Shown piece after piece: positions 1-10,801 of a stretch of 64,000 nucleotides of DNA (positions are counted from its first letter, which is position 1; each line of letters opens with the position of its first letter). Both the position numbers and the translations under genes were made by a program. This DNA comes from Anthoceros angustus (lineage: Eukaryota; Plantae; Anthocerotophyta). Location of the stretch: assembly GCA_010909165.1 (NCBI GenBank), contig MU008173.1, positions 868,001 through 932,000 on the forward strand, in the 5' to 3' direction. Under the pieces are notes generated by a model. The model was not told where the DNA came from. It ran no database searches and was given only the letters and a program-made list of their open reading frames with translations.

Positions 1-1119
1 AGATGTCATGTCCATGGGACTGTAGCTAACAGCTTGATAAACATATTTGCAAAGTGTGGATCCCTTGCAGATGCCAGGCCGTGTTTGAAGCACATGGTCA
101 GAAAGATGTGGTGACATGGACTTCTCTTATTGCAGGGTATTCCCAGCAGGGCAGGGCCCTGGAAGCCCTTGAGCTTTACAGTAGGATGCAAGAAGAAGGC
201 ATTGCCGCGCCCAATTCTGTGACTTTTGTGTGCCTCGTGCAGGCATGTGCTATGGTGGGTGCCCCGGCTTTGGAGAGGGGAAGCAGCTTCACGCACATAT
301 TGGGGAACAAGGACTTGATGCTGATGTGGTTGTAATCAACGGTCTAGTAAACTTGTATGCGAAATGTGGCAGCCTGGAGGATGCTCAGCTGATTTTTTAT
401 GCCCTCCGTCCAACAATGTCGTTACGTGGACCACTTTGATAGAAGCATATGCAAGGCAGGGGATGGGTCAGGAAGCCCTTCGTCTTTTCAGTGCTATGCA
501 AGAAGAAGGCATAGCTGCACCTGATTCTGTGACGTTTGTGGGCCTTTTGCAGGCATGTGCAAATGTTGGTGCCGCGGCTTGATAAATATGTATGCCAAAT
601 GTGGCAGCCTAGAGGACGCCCAGAGTGTGTTTGACGGACTCCGTGAAAAGGATATGGTGACATGGAATGCCTGATCGCAGGATATTCCCAGCAGAGCATG
701 GGTGAGGAGGCCTTTCATACATACTGTACTATGCAAGACGAGGCCATCAGTGCACCCAATTCCGTGACATTTGTGTGCCTCCTGCAGGCACATGCACATT
801 TGTTGGTACCAGCCTAGTAGACATGTATGCAAAGTGTGGCAACCTGCAAGAAGCTCACGCTTTGTTTCACAAGCTCGATCAGAAAAATCTGGTGACTTGA
901 ACTGCTCTGACAGCAGGTTACTCCCAGCAGGGCATGGGTCAGGAAGCCCTTCGTCTTTATGGTGCTATGCAAGAAGAAGGCTTCACTGCACCCGATTGTG
1001 TCATGTTTGCAAGCCTCCTCCAGGCACGTGCAGATGTGGCAGCTCTGCGTCTAGGAAGGCAGCTTGATGCAGAGGTCAAAGAGCGAGGGCTTCAAGCTGA
1101 CGTGTTTGTGGCCACGTGA
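1..1119 (+). pseudogene. Degenerate PLS-class pentatricopeptide repeat (PPR) gene, running off the left edge
   Basis: Repeated PLS motifs (KDVVTWTSLIAGYSQQG..EALELYSRMQEEG..PNSVTFVCLVQACA; NGLVNLYAKCGSLEDA) are scattered over all three + frames, with frameshifts, an in-frame stop at 580-582 and internal deletions of half-motifs. Confidence 0.9.
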
Positions 1120-1122
1120 CCG

Positions 1123-2143
1123 AGCTGGCTGCGTCCGCCACGCTCGAGTTTGAAGTCGGTGGACACAGCCAGCTTGGCACGGTGACCGAGGCGGTGACCG
1201 GGAGTCCGTGATCGGGGCCGCGAAGGCCCGATCGACTGCCCAGCCTCCTCACGTGATACCATGAGCACGCTCACGGCACATCTGAAGAAAGCATCAACTG
1301 TGCTTCAACTGAGCTTCACCTGTGGCTCAATACACCATTATGATTTCATATACCAAGAAATTGGAAAAGTTATTTTCTAGATTGGTTCATTGGCAAGCAA
1401 GGATGGAATTAGAGCAAGGTTCAGGCAGCTCAGTTTCCCCATATGGTTCACACATTAAGTTAGCTTGCACAGCCTAATAGAGCAGATAACCCTGTTGCAG
1501 ACTGGTGCCGTCATGATATTCATACAAGGCATATGTGATGCTAACAAAAAGTTTATTGATATTTGTTGCACTCATCTTGGTGGTGTTCATGATGTTCAAA
1601 TCCTTAAGGAAAGGAACTTATGGGGGGGGCAGATGTAATTATGACAGAACCCGTTCTGCAAATCGCGGATGTTGAAGTAACTCTTTATATTTTAGGTGAT
1701 AGTGCATACCCATTGATGCCTTTTCTTATGAAACCGTTTCATGCGGAGGACCATATTGAAAAAGTCATTAACCGTTCTTTGCGAAGAGGCAGAGCGAAGG
1801 TGGAGAATGCTTTTGCACTGTTGCAGATTAAACGATATAGTCTGAAAAATCTTAATGTTCGTCTAAAGTACACATTTATGAGAAGGTCGTGATTAAGCAT
1901 CCTGTGCTTAGATCGGTACTTAGATGGGGTGCTTAAAGGGAGTGGATGCCCTTGGTGCAAGCAGCTTATGCATATCGTGGTACAAGTTATTAAGTACCAA
2001 GTGCCATGACAGAAATCCGTCCTTAGTGGACTTCAATTAAATTCTTCTTTCCTTCTCTCCTGACTACGTGCCCCAGTCATCCTGCCAAGGTGGAGCACCA
2101 GCTGGCTGCGTCTGCCACGCTGGAGTTTTAAGTCAGTGGACAC
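1123..2143. repeat. ~44 bp imperfect direct repeat pair (1123-1166 and 2100-2143) bracketing the Harbinger remnant
   Basis: agctggctgcgtccgccacgctcgagtttgaagtcggtggacac versus agctggctgcgtctgccacgctggagttttaagtcagtggacac. Confidence 0.85.
1515..1875 (+). mobile_element. PIF/Harbinger (HARBI1-like, DDE_Tnp_4) transposase remnant
   Basis: Translates as IQGICDANKKFIDIC..GGVHDVQIL, then YILGDSAYPLMPFLMKPF...INRSLRRGRAKVENAFALL. These are typical Harbinger DDE motifs (G..HD, GD.AYPL, R..VE.AF..L). The remnant is frameshifted and sits in an AT-rich block. Confidence 0.8.
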
Positions 2144-3037
2144 CGCTGGTTGGAGTGTCCACAGGACATCACAAAATAAAAAAAGGGTGAAACTTCTGAA
2201 GGTCCCAAACGGCATGCTATAGCCGACTTCTGGGGCTGTTGGGTTGGAAATCGGATGTTGCTATCGACAGTCGGACACGAGCCGACCTCCAGACCCCGCC
2301 CCTTCCCACACGCCCGCATGCAGGACCACACGGTGCCCGAACCGCCTGGCCGCCACATGGGCGCCACGACAGCCCTAGACTGCCACGTCGGATTTAAGGC
2401 GTTGACATTCGATAAATATAGCTGCACGGGTACAGCCTGGATGGTGGTCCGAGGCGGTATCCGGGCCGAGTCACCCGTGTCGGGGAATTCGCCATCGACC
2501 GGTTAGTTTCAGATATGAGAGCCGCAATCCGCGATGGCGGCAAGCCAGCGAAACAACGTACTTAAGCCACTCCGCGCAATCACTTGCTCCTCACCGGCCT
2601 CCCACGTCTGTTCAGGAGAATTCGGGGTGTCGGGGGACAGGCTTCGCCAGTCTCGATCTCGCCAGCATCCAGAAGCTTCTGGAAGCGCGTTTCCGTCTTG
2701 TGGTACGCTTGATGCTTTGCATCGATGGATGCCTTGTCTTGCATTGCATTGCCTTGCCTTGCACATTGCATGGCTTTAAATTGCGTTGGTGGAGAATCGT
2801 GCTTGTGGAAATGGTCGCGAATAAGTTGTGTCGTGTGTCGCATCTGTGTCGCATCTTGTGTCGAACTGTTGAGAATTTACAGTGCCGGTGATGAAATATT
2901 GCTGATCAAGCGTAATACGACGATGTGCGGTGTTCTGAAGAGTTGTTTCTGGCAGGATTTTGTGTTGCATTGGATTGGAAAGGGCTAGTGTGGAGGAGGC
3001 AGAGGTAGAGAAGGTTTTTTTTTTTGTGAGCGAGGAC

Positions 3038-4717
3038 ATGGCTCGGAAGATGTGGAGGCTGCTCTTGGTCCTATCGGTCCTGCTCTTGTCTGTGAGCTGG
3101 ACAAGTGTGGTGAAAGCTGAAGAGGAAGGTGAAGCTCCTGAGCCTGGAGTCGAGCCGGAGGATGAAAGTAAGTTTGTGCACGTCGATGCTGGGAGCTCGG
3201 TCATTGCAAGGCCAAGTCTGTGAAACCGGGATTTAAAATTTCCAAATTGTTTGTTTTGGTGAGCAGAGTGGACCTGGTGTGTGACGGACACGAGCGACAA
3301 GCCAACTTGCGACGCGATGGTCAAGCTTCTTCAAGCTCTTGATCCGGAGGAGGAGCACGTTCACTCGTGGTTCGTTTTTTTTCTTGTAGGAATCTTGATT
3401 GTTTGTTTTCGAGATGGAATGTAAGACGATGGCTGAAACTGAATGGAACGGTGACGTGCTTGTGCAGTATCGTGGGGGCTGGAGACGAAGACTGCATGAA
3501 GAAGGTCCAAAGCGGCGAGGCAAAGTTCGTAGTCCTGGACGGCGGTGAGATCTGGGAAGCCAGCAATGAGTACGGGCTGAAGCCTATCCGCACAGAGGTT
3601 TCACAACTGGAGGGGAGCTACTACGGCGTGGGAATCGTGAAGAAAGGCAAGTGCCCGGGAAGCCTGGCTGACTTGAAGGGCAAGCGGTCCTGCCACACTG
3701 GCTACAACAGAGCCACCGGATGGGTGTTCCCTGTCACTTACCTTGTCGACAACAAGATCATGCCCGTTGTCACCAAGTAAGCTTCAGGACTTCATGCCTC
3801 TTGCACATTCAAAAGCAGATGATTTCAGGACTTGTAACTGCTGGAACAGACATACAGTGGCATGGAAAGGAATTCCTAAAGGTAGGTGCTAATGGCCGGG
3901 GCTTTGTGGCAGGGGTCCTCAATCCAACGACATCGAGTCTGTGAAGGCCTTTTTCAAGGCATCCTGTGCTGCCAACTCCGATCCCAACAAGGAGATCTGT
4001 TCGGCTTGCAAGATCAAGACCGCCTGCACCAAGTCTGACCCCTACTACGACTACGAGGGGGCTTTCAGGGGCTTGGTAGAGGACGCCTGCGATGTGGCCT
4101 TCACCAAGCACACCATAGTAGGCCAGTATGCCATGGGAGGAAGGTCTGCAGCGGCCGACTGGACCGGCCTGCAGGACGCAACCAACTATCAGATTCTGTG
4201 CCCTAACAAATACAACGGGCAGGTGTGCACTGATTCCGGCAACTACAAGTCTTGCAATTTCGGCCAAGCCCCTGGCCACGCTATCCTGGTGGCCAAGGAC
4301 TATCCGGACTTCGAGATCAACGAGTTCAACAATGTCATGAATGCAGCCAACTCCGACCCTGACTTCATCAGCTTGTTATTTTCTGGTAAGCTTGCTGCAT
4401 CTTGCGCACAACCATACATATATATATACACAATATTTTCTAAAATACATGTATCCGCAATGTGTGTCTAACGCTGGAATTTCAACTCCCTCGTATGGCC
4501 AGGAAACAACAAGGAGGGACACATCTTCGCTGCAGACGCAACCAGGACTGTAGCATACACTGGAACCACCCAGGCCCTTCTTGGAAACTTCTACAAGAAC
4601 ATCCAGGATCTGGAGAGCATCAACGCCCAAAAGACCGACACTGGCAGTGGAACCAGGGCTGCCTCTTCAATCTTCTTGTCATTGGCTCTTGGTCTCCTGT
4701 ATGTGTTGTTTCAGTAG
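3038..4717 (+). CDS. Single-lobe transferrin-family protein (~409 aa), secreted and probably GPI-anchored; exons 3038-3167, 3267-3369, 3468-3776, 3913-4385, 4503-4717
   Basis: All four introns are GT-AG and phase-compatible (1230 nt total). Signal peptide MARKMWRLLLVLSVLLLSVSWTSVVKA. Transferrin motifs: WTWCV, DCMKKVQSGEAKFVVLDGG, YYGVGIVKK, LKGKRSCHTGYNRATGW, YYDYEGAFRGL, DVAFTKH, YQILCP, CNFGQAPGHA. C-terminus SGTRAASSIFLSLALGLLYVLFQ*. Confidence 0.92.
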
Positions 4718-5259
4718 GATTACTGATAGAATTAGTCACTCTGATGTCGAAGACTGGCCTGTGGTTGCGTCGTGGGCATCTGTCCTGCCCGTCCTGTCTT
4801 CACACTGGGCGGGCAGCGGGCTCCATTGTTTTGAGAGGTCCAACTCCGAGTGGGTTTGTAAAAGGCTTGTACCATTTTAGAGAAAAAACATTCAAAGACG
4901 TGCGTTCACTCAGGATTCCTTCCAGAGCTGGACTTAAGCAGAAGTGGACGCCATTGACAAATTGAAGCGTTTTTGGTGGGGAGGATTGGGAGAGAGAAAC
5001 AGACGGCCGTCTCAGCTGAATCTAGCTCAGGTCTGCTTTGTGAATGAGGTGAAGAGGCCATCTCCGCACGACGTTGCAGTCGATTCCTTTCATGGTTTCC
5101 ATGGATACTCAGGGCTGGTGAGCACCCAAGGCTTGTGGGCTTATGTTGTGTGCACTGGTGCAAGCTCAGGTCCGGTGGCATGGAATTGGAATCCCTCGAA
5201 ACAAGCCAGCAGTAGTTCCGGCTGTGGAGGGGTCAATCGGGTAATAAGAAAGCATTCTT

Positions 5260-7633
5260 GCCATCTGGCCTACCTGCAAGGCAGACTCATGAAACCTTCC
5301 TGCCAGCGTTGTTTTATCACTCTGGCCATCTGGCCTCAATTCACCTCAATAAAGTGGTCTCACGCACAGAACTCCCCAATCGGAGTCAAGCGTGCCCCAA
5401 CTCGGGGACGACACCATAGGCCACAGCCATTCCATCTTCCTACTTCGTAATCGATTCCGTAGACCACAGCCATCACATCTTCCTACTCTATAATATTTAT
5501 GCGTTATGTCATGTTTAATCCGGTGGGTTCCGTGGCTGGTTAGAGCTGAGTTGGTGGACAAGGCTGGTGTTGGTTTGAAATGAGGCATTGACAGGGTTGT
5601 GTTTTACCTGGTGCTTGCAGAATTCTCCTTGAGCCTTGGTTCCTGAAGTCTGTCTTCACATTAGAGGTAGGCAAGTTTGAGGTTTCGGAGCCTCTTTGAG
5701 TCTAGGTGTTTTCGAGATCCCTATTCTGGACTTTGGGCCTTCTGGGTTTCTACAGCCTTCAGGACAAAAAGGGTTCTCAGCTAGTGTGAGAGCACACCCA
5801 CTTGTGATGTACGTAGCCTGTTCCATATGACATCATGATACAGGACGTTGTTTTCAAGGATGGAATTTCAAATCTAGTGGATCAGTCTGTGGTCTAAGCG
5901 TTAAAACAAAGTGCAATCGAAGATTGCATGGGGCTGATGAGGACGGGAACCGGTTGATTCTCTTGTATCACAGGGAATTGCTGGGGATATAAAGGAAGAA
6001 ACCTGAAAACCATTCAGGGCTCCATGTCTGGCCATCCGTAGTCTGCAGGCAGCGGCGCTGTTGTTGGTGCTGTTCCATGCGAATGGCTGTTAATCATGGT
6101 TGGATTCTCTGCGTCCCCTGATTCTCCTGCGTCTCCTGATGGTTGGATTTGCACGTCGTGGCCTTTGTACGTAGTGGGTCGTACTGGAAAACCAGAGTGG
6201 CAGGGACGAAGGACAGGTCTGGCATTAATGGGCAAAGAAGAGGGGTATCTTCAAGAGCTGAGGTTTTGTCAGTCTTGAACGGGGCCTTCAATCTGTGGAT
6301 GCCGGTGGGAATTTCTGCTCATCAGGGTGATGCAGTGAGCAATCTTCCGATGGTTGTGTGCACTCTGTAGCCCGTTTGGTAGATTAGCTGCCTTATTTCC
6401 GTCTAAGTGTTGAGCTGAAGCTAAACTGCCAATTTGAAGCTGAAAGTCATCTGTGGAAATTTGGAGAAGATGTAGCAGTGAGTGCTAATCTTCACGGATG
6501 AGCTTGTAGCATTCCCTAAGCACATGGACTGATGAGGAACTGATGGCGTTGATGAAAGCCGGCCCTCGCCCACTCCAAGCCATAGCAATCAGAGGGTGAA
6601 GGCACCGCTGAAAAATAGCTGCAATTCCAGAAGCAAAACGAAGCTGCAGCTATGTTTAGACCCTGGAGTGCAGACAACCATGTACCATAAAAGTACTCTG
6701 TACTCTTGTACTTGCCTGGTGGGGAGTAAAGTTGGATTGGATTGCAGCAGAGAGAGACTTTCATCATGCTTGATCAGGAGGTTACAGCAAGATTACCGGT
6801 GTGATGTGAATGCTGACGGTGGCTGGTAGAAACGGACAATTGCATGGGCCATTCCACAGTTTTCCATGTGTCGGACTGGGATCTGTCTTCTACGCCCAAC
6901 TTCCAGGAGGACAAGAAATCGCGGTAAAGATAAGGGCAGACTCATCTCGGTCTTTTCGGAGACTTAGTTTGCCAACGAGCTAGGGTACTTGGCTCAAGAT
7001 CGTCTTCATGTGTTCTACCTGTGCAACTTCGTGCTTGGCTTCAACCTGTTTTATTCAATCTGACGATACCCATGGTCCCGTTCTGTGTCTGAAAGTGAGT
7101 TTGCTCTCTGGAGTCCACCATCCAAATCTTATGACACTTCTGGGCTGTTGCGAAGAAGCTGGCAAGCAGGGTCTTGTCTATGATTTGATCCCAGTGAAAA
7201 GATTCGCTAAATCAGACTGAAATTGTAGGGCCGCAAGCTGGCTGGGATAAAACATCTGGACTCGAAGGCGAGGTGGAGAGTAGCAATCACTGGGGCGGCA
7301 TCAGGTATTCCTGTTAAATGTTTTTGGTCAGTCTGAACGGTAGACCCTTTGTACATGATGTGACGGAGCAGCAATATCCTCCTAGAAGCCAACATGGGAT
7401 TAAGGGTGTGTGATTTTGGTTTGTCTAGGCTGGTCGTAAACGCAGACGCTACCATGACCCCGGGTAAGCAACTAAGCAAGCCAGAAACTTTGCTCCTCCT
7501 GCCATACCCTGCCCCCCGCCTCCGCAGGCTCATGAAGTCTTCCTGCCAACGTTGTGTCATCATTCTGGCCATCTGGCCTCCCTGCAGGGCAGGCTCAATG
7601 ATCGTTGGGGCCATCTGGCCTCCCTACAAGGCA
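5260..7633. repeat. Short arrays of a ~64 bp unit at 5260-5338 and 7524-7633 flanking the RLK relic
   Basis: The unit gccatctggcctccctgcaaggcaggctcatgaagtcttcctgccaacgttgtgtcatcattctg occurs in the same orientation at both sites. Confidence 0.75.
5750..7480 (+). pseudogene. Decayed receptor-like kinase (LRR-I/malectin-LRR-like) pseudogene; left boundary uncertain
   Basis: Kinase remnants occur in order across residual introns: GLGSVFYAQLPGGQEIAVKIRADSSR (I-II, ~6875-6950), VSLLSGVHHPNLMTLLGCCEE..QGLVYDLIP (IV-V), HLDSKARWRVAITGAASG, VHDVTSSNILLEANMGLRVCDFGLSRL (VIb-VII). The HRD arginine is lost, there are frameshifts, and the kinase is truncated after VII. Confidence 0.75.
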
Positions 7634-10600
7634 AAAGCCTGTACAACGGACAGTGTTAACAAGTGTACACATTCACTTCCGCAGATGATCGGATCTGTGA
7701 AGTGGATAGAGAAGTACATAAGTAATGTGTAATGTGTACCTACGTGCAGTCCCGGAACTCAACGTCCAAACGGGGCCCGTTCCGTGTTCCTTGTTCCGTT
7801 CCGGTTCGCATTTCCCGACGTCCCTACGAGCAGGAGGACTGAAGAGCCCGGGGGCCCGGCCCCGCCCGGGCCGGGCGGGGTTGGGAATAAAAGTAAATGT
7901 GCGGAATTTTTTGTTGTCGCGTCGTCCAAGGGGCTATCGCCCCAAAACGGGCGTAGTAAATTGTCCCAGACCTGGACAACTACAAGTTGAGTACCTAACC
8001 TAATCCGAGATATGTACATACGGATTCGTCAACCGTAGACTGATGAGCGGAGGCGGAGGCTGAGGCAGAGGCAGAGGCAGAGATGAGATTCGGTGTAGGC
8101 TCCACACGATTCCCTTCGACTGCGATTCAAAGCGACGGCATCGATTTGGCTGCCTCTTCGGGGACTGTGGATTCCGAAGTTGCTCCGAATTCAATCTCGG
8201 TCTCCATTCCTCGAATTGCTCAGCGCAGCTCAGCTCAGCGGTGGACTAGGTTATCAGACATCCATATCTGTAGGTACGTACATATGCATAAAAGAATGAC
8301 ATAAAGTAGGTAGCTCTAGCCTGTTGCCGATAGCTTTGGAGACGTCCTGGGACGTGCCTTTTTGTGCGCGTACAGCACACAGCACACAGCCCGCAGCGCC
8401 GCGGCTTGCCTAAATACACCGCCATCCTGGAATAGCAGCGAATTGAAGAGCTACGCTAGGGTACGGCGCCCGAAAGCCATGGCCCATGACGAGCATGTAT
8501 GTTTTGTGGGCCGGCATTTTTAGAGACAGCCCGGGGCCGGGGCCGGGGCCGGGATCCTGCGAAACGGACACCGAATTCGGATGTCACCGACATTGTGCAG
8601 GCCTGGAGACTGCACGGCTTATATGTCAAGTTGCTACGTATGGATTCGTGAGAGGCACGTGTGACTGTAGTTTCTGTTATGTACAGATAAGTTGTGTGGA
8701 GACAGAGATAGGGTAACAGGGCTGGCTGGCTGATAATTGGCGACGTGTTGCATGCCGCAACCCGTTACCGAAGATTTAGCTTGGGGGTGGAAAGGAACGA
8801 AAGAACGGCGGGCCGGGCGTCTATTAGCTGCAAATAGACGACCGTCACGGCAGTTTAGGGTGTCGAGCACAGTGGGGCGGTAGTGGTATGCTCCAAGCAG
8901 GCGGGAGCCTATGGGCTGGCAGGCCAGCGATGCATCCAGTCGTGGTGGGAGTGGACGGCACGGCGTGGGGCTGGAATGGGCACGTCTCGCCGGCGCACAA
9001 TTTTGCACCATCGTATGAAAAGTGTTGTCCGGACTGCGGCCCCGGAGCAACAGGGGAGCGCGAGGCGAGAGGGAAAGGCTGGCGCTCGCCTGGCCCGGGC
9101 CGGGGCCGGGGCCGTGGCCGTGGCCGGCGTTACCGGCCACTCGCTCGCATTCGCATTGCGTTCATCAGGATTCCAGGAAGCGACATTGCGGAGGAAAAGG
9201 GGATAAAATAACACTTCATCACCACGGCTTCCAGGCTAATAATTGGAGTCCTTGGACACAGCATAATTTAGCCTCGGCCGACAGATCCTGGAGCTCTAGG
9301 GCCTGGCGCGTATCGACTGGTCACACTGGACTGCGTGTTATTCTGGTACGTCTGCCGACAAAACAAAGGGAGCCTCATTCGGGCTCTTTTTGCCACTTCC
9401 GTGTATTATATATCTTGTACTGGCTTTTCCACCAGCCCAGCCCAACCCAGCCCAGCAGCCCAAATCAGGCCGTTTGTCCGCGTCCTGCAGCATGACGCGT
9501 CGCGACACGCTCTGACTGGCCGTGAAGCCCGGGCCCTGGCTGCTGGCTGCTGGCTGCTGGCCGCTCTGCCCCCCTTGCCCCTGTTGCCTGTTTGCCTGCT
9601 GCTCATGTATTGGCCCGTTGTTGCCCCATGTCCGCAACTTTCGTCCCTCCGGCTTCAAGGATTTGTATGGCATATCACATAGTGGCTTGTTTGCCTCCAG
9701 AAGCTCACACGCTCCAACGGTCTTTCCGGTGCACGCGCTTGCTCGGGATTCGATTCGGAAACACACAAAGAGTACCTGTTACCTCTTAGCAGCCTACTGG
9801 TACCAACAGGCCTTCTGCTTTCCAAATATGTATTGTACGAACATACGTATTGTTACGTATGGACGTGCCTCACACTCTTGGAGGGTGGGGTGGCGTGGAG
9901 TGGAGTGGAGTGGAGTGGAGTGTCTATAGCACTAGAAAAAAGAGAAGAGTGGAGTGGGCAATAAGACGGAACATCACCTTGGCAGACGCAGCCTGGGACT
10001 GTCGGGCACAACAAAAATGTGTTTACCTTTTGTAAACACCTAAACAGTGAATGCAGTGTCTGTCTGTGTAGGCAGAGGGTGACAGGAAGATATGTATGTA
10101 GAGTATAAAGTAATGAAAAGCACAGGGACTGACAGCGTCAGAGGTGAATGTTCCTTTTCAACAAAGGGATGCTGCATAACTGCATAACTGCATAACTTTG
10201 CCCATCGGCACACATGTGACAAGACAGGGAGCGGGTGAGAGCTTTTAAGACCACCCTGGCTGCAACACTGCTGCCAACCACGAGCCAGAGCCAGAGCCAG
10301 AGCCAGAGCCAGGTCCAGGCCCAGGACTCCAGGCCCAATCAAGCACTCGGCGCCGTTCTACGTCAACCCCAGTGTCGGCGGATCGATCGGCAAGTCAATA
10401 TCACTTGGAAATATCTCTCTCCTCAGAACCATCCTCGAAGCTTACGCTTCCTGGAACCTGGAACCTGGAACGGCTAAAACAAAATACGCAAGGGGGTTGT
10501 GTGGGAGGGGTCACTACTGCCCTCAGGGCACACACTCAGCTACTTACATACTCACTCTAATGCACTTCCAACTTTTCTGGCTACTCCACAAACTCCACTC

Positions 10601-10801
10601 TACCTACTTTGCATAATGGGCGTTTACGGGTGCTCTCAGGAATTCGGCCTTGAATTCGGCGGCATTCCGATGTCAGCCTGATTTTGCATCGTCTAGCGAT
10701 CCTCTGGCAAGACGATGAAAAATAAGTCCCACACATGCGCTGGAATTCGCCGTCCAAAACGCGCCAGGTAGCGGCCCCATGTAACATCACCCGGGATGCT
10801 G

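Noticed and set aside
7750-10400. Many 60-170 aa ORFs between the RLK relic and the bHLH
   Set aside because: GC-rich SSR-driven frames (GPGPG, SQSQ) with no domain or consistent exon chain.
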